Shown piece by piece: positions 63,900-64,000 of a stretch of DNA of 64,000 bases. This stretch comes from a virus. Taxonomy: Duplodnaviria > Caudoviricetes. The number at the start of each line of letters is the position of its first letter. Positions within the stretch are counted from its first letter, which is position 1. The translations under genes were made by a program, and so were the position numbers. The DNA lies in IMG/VR virus record IMGVR_UViG_3300031673_000001. One strand, written 5' to 3'. Under the pieces are notes generated by a model, which saw nothing but the letters and a program-made list of their open reading frames with translations, searched no databases and had not been told where the DNA came from.

Positions 63900-64000
63900 A
63901 AAAAATCCTATAGTAGCAGGAACTCGAACAATTCAAGACCGATCAGGTGTGCATGATTCACCTGTCCTACTACCATAGGAAGATTAAATCCTATGGTAGT
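63900..64000 (-). promoter_or_regulatory. Mutually exclusive hairpins, attenuator-like (truncated by the window edge)
   Basis: Perfect 12-bp IR at 63969-63980/63989-64000; alternative partner at 63906-63920 followed by U6 on the minus strand. Confidence 0.4.

Noticed and set aside
518-63956. Short antisense or overlapping ORFs in the track (e.g. 518-736, 4165-4395, 9816-10058, 14213-14590, 20206-20391, 60116-60412)
   Set aside because: They are shadows of longer genes or of tRNAs on the opposite strand, without SD sites or motifs.
1-64000. Genome-wide UAG recoding (code 15) implied by the suppressor tRNA
   Set aside because: Long genes, including the endolysin and virion-side ORFs, are intact and tightly packed under code 11. 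TAG-ending genes are followed by tRNAs, new SD/ATG sites or nearby in-frame stops, not by continuations.
1-64000. CRISPR array, IS element, integrase or rRNA
   Set aside because: No regularly spaced direct repeats, transposase or integrase motifs, or rRNA-like sequence seen.

Overview
Strongly AT-rich, gene-dense fragment of a large tailed bacteriophage (jumbo-like). No rRNA, ribosomal-protein or core cellular housekeeping genes are present, and Shine-Dalgarno sites are bacterial. Layout: (1) 1-7.4 kb, a replication/DNA-modification block with partial QueE, a family B DNA polymerase fused to an N-terminal family-4 uracil-DNA glycosylase, a GT-B glycosyltransferase and a PIG-L deacetylase. (2) 7.6-30.1 kb on the + strand, an array of 26 tRNAs plus one tRNA-like RNA interleaved with small accessory genes (NUDIX, FN3/LamG secreted proteins, RtcB, Pth2, ClpX-type Zn fingers, REC-PAS-PAS, PgpH-type HD domain). 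(3) 30-36 kb on the - strand, lysis, nucleotide-pool and anti-defence genes (GH108 endolysin, DUF5664, SLOG, Tad1, dCMP deaminase, MazG, short QueC). (4) 37.6-58.4 kb, a sulfotransferase, split LigD, C1A protease and a 19-ORF glycan-synthesis cluster. (5) 58.4-64 kb, putative virion/internal proteins and an actin-like ATPase. The top candidate novel system is at 19.2-20.4 kb. A leader ORF with two in-frame UAG codons (..IH*VYTNPP*SCRGPP..) ends in a TGA overlapping the ATG of a conserved-ORF/Pth2 operon. The SD of that operon is sequestered in a hairpin, and the operon ends in an amber-suppressor tRNA(CUA). This looks like a readthrough-sensing translational switch in a genome that otherwise uses the standard code. 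Several tRNAs have non-canonical architectures. All assignments are by eye from motifs; no database searches or folding programs were run.
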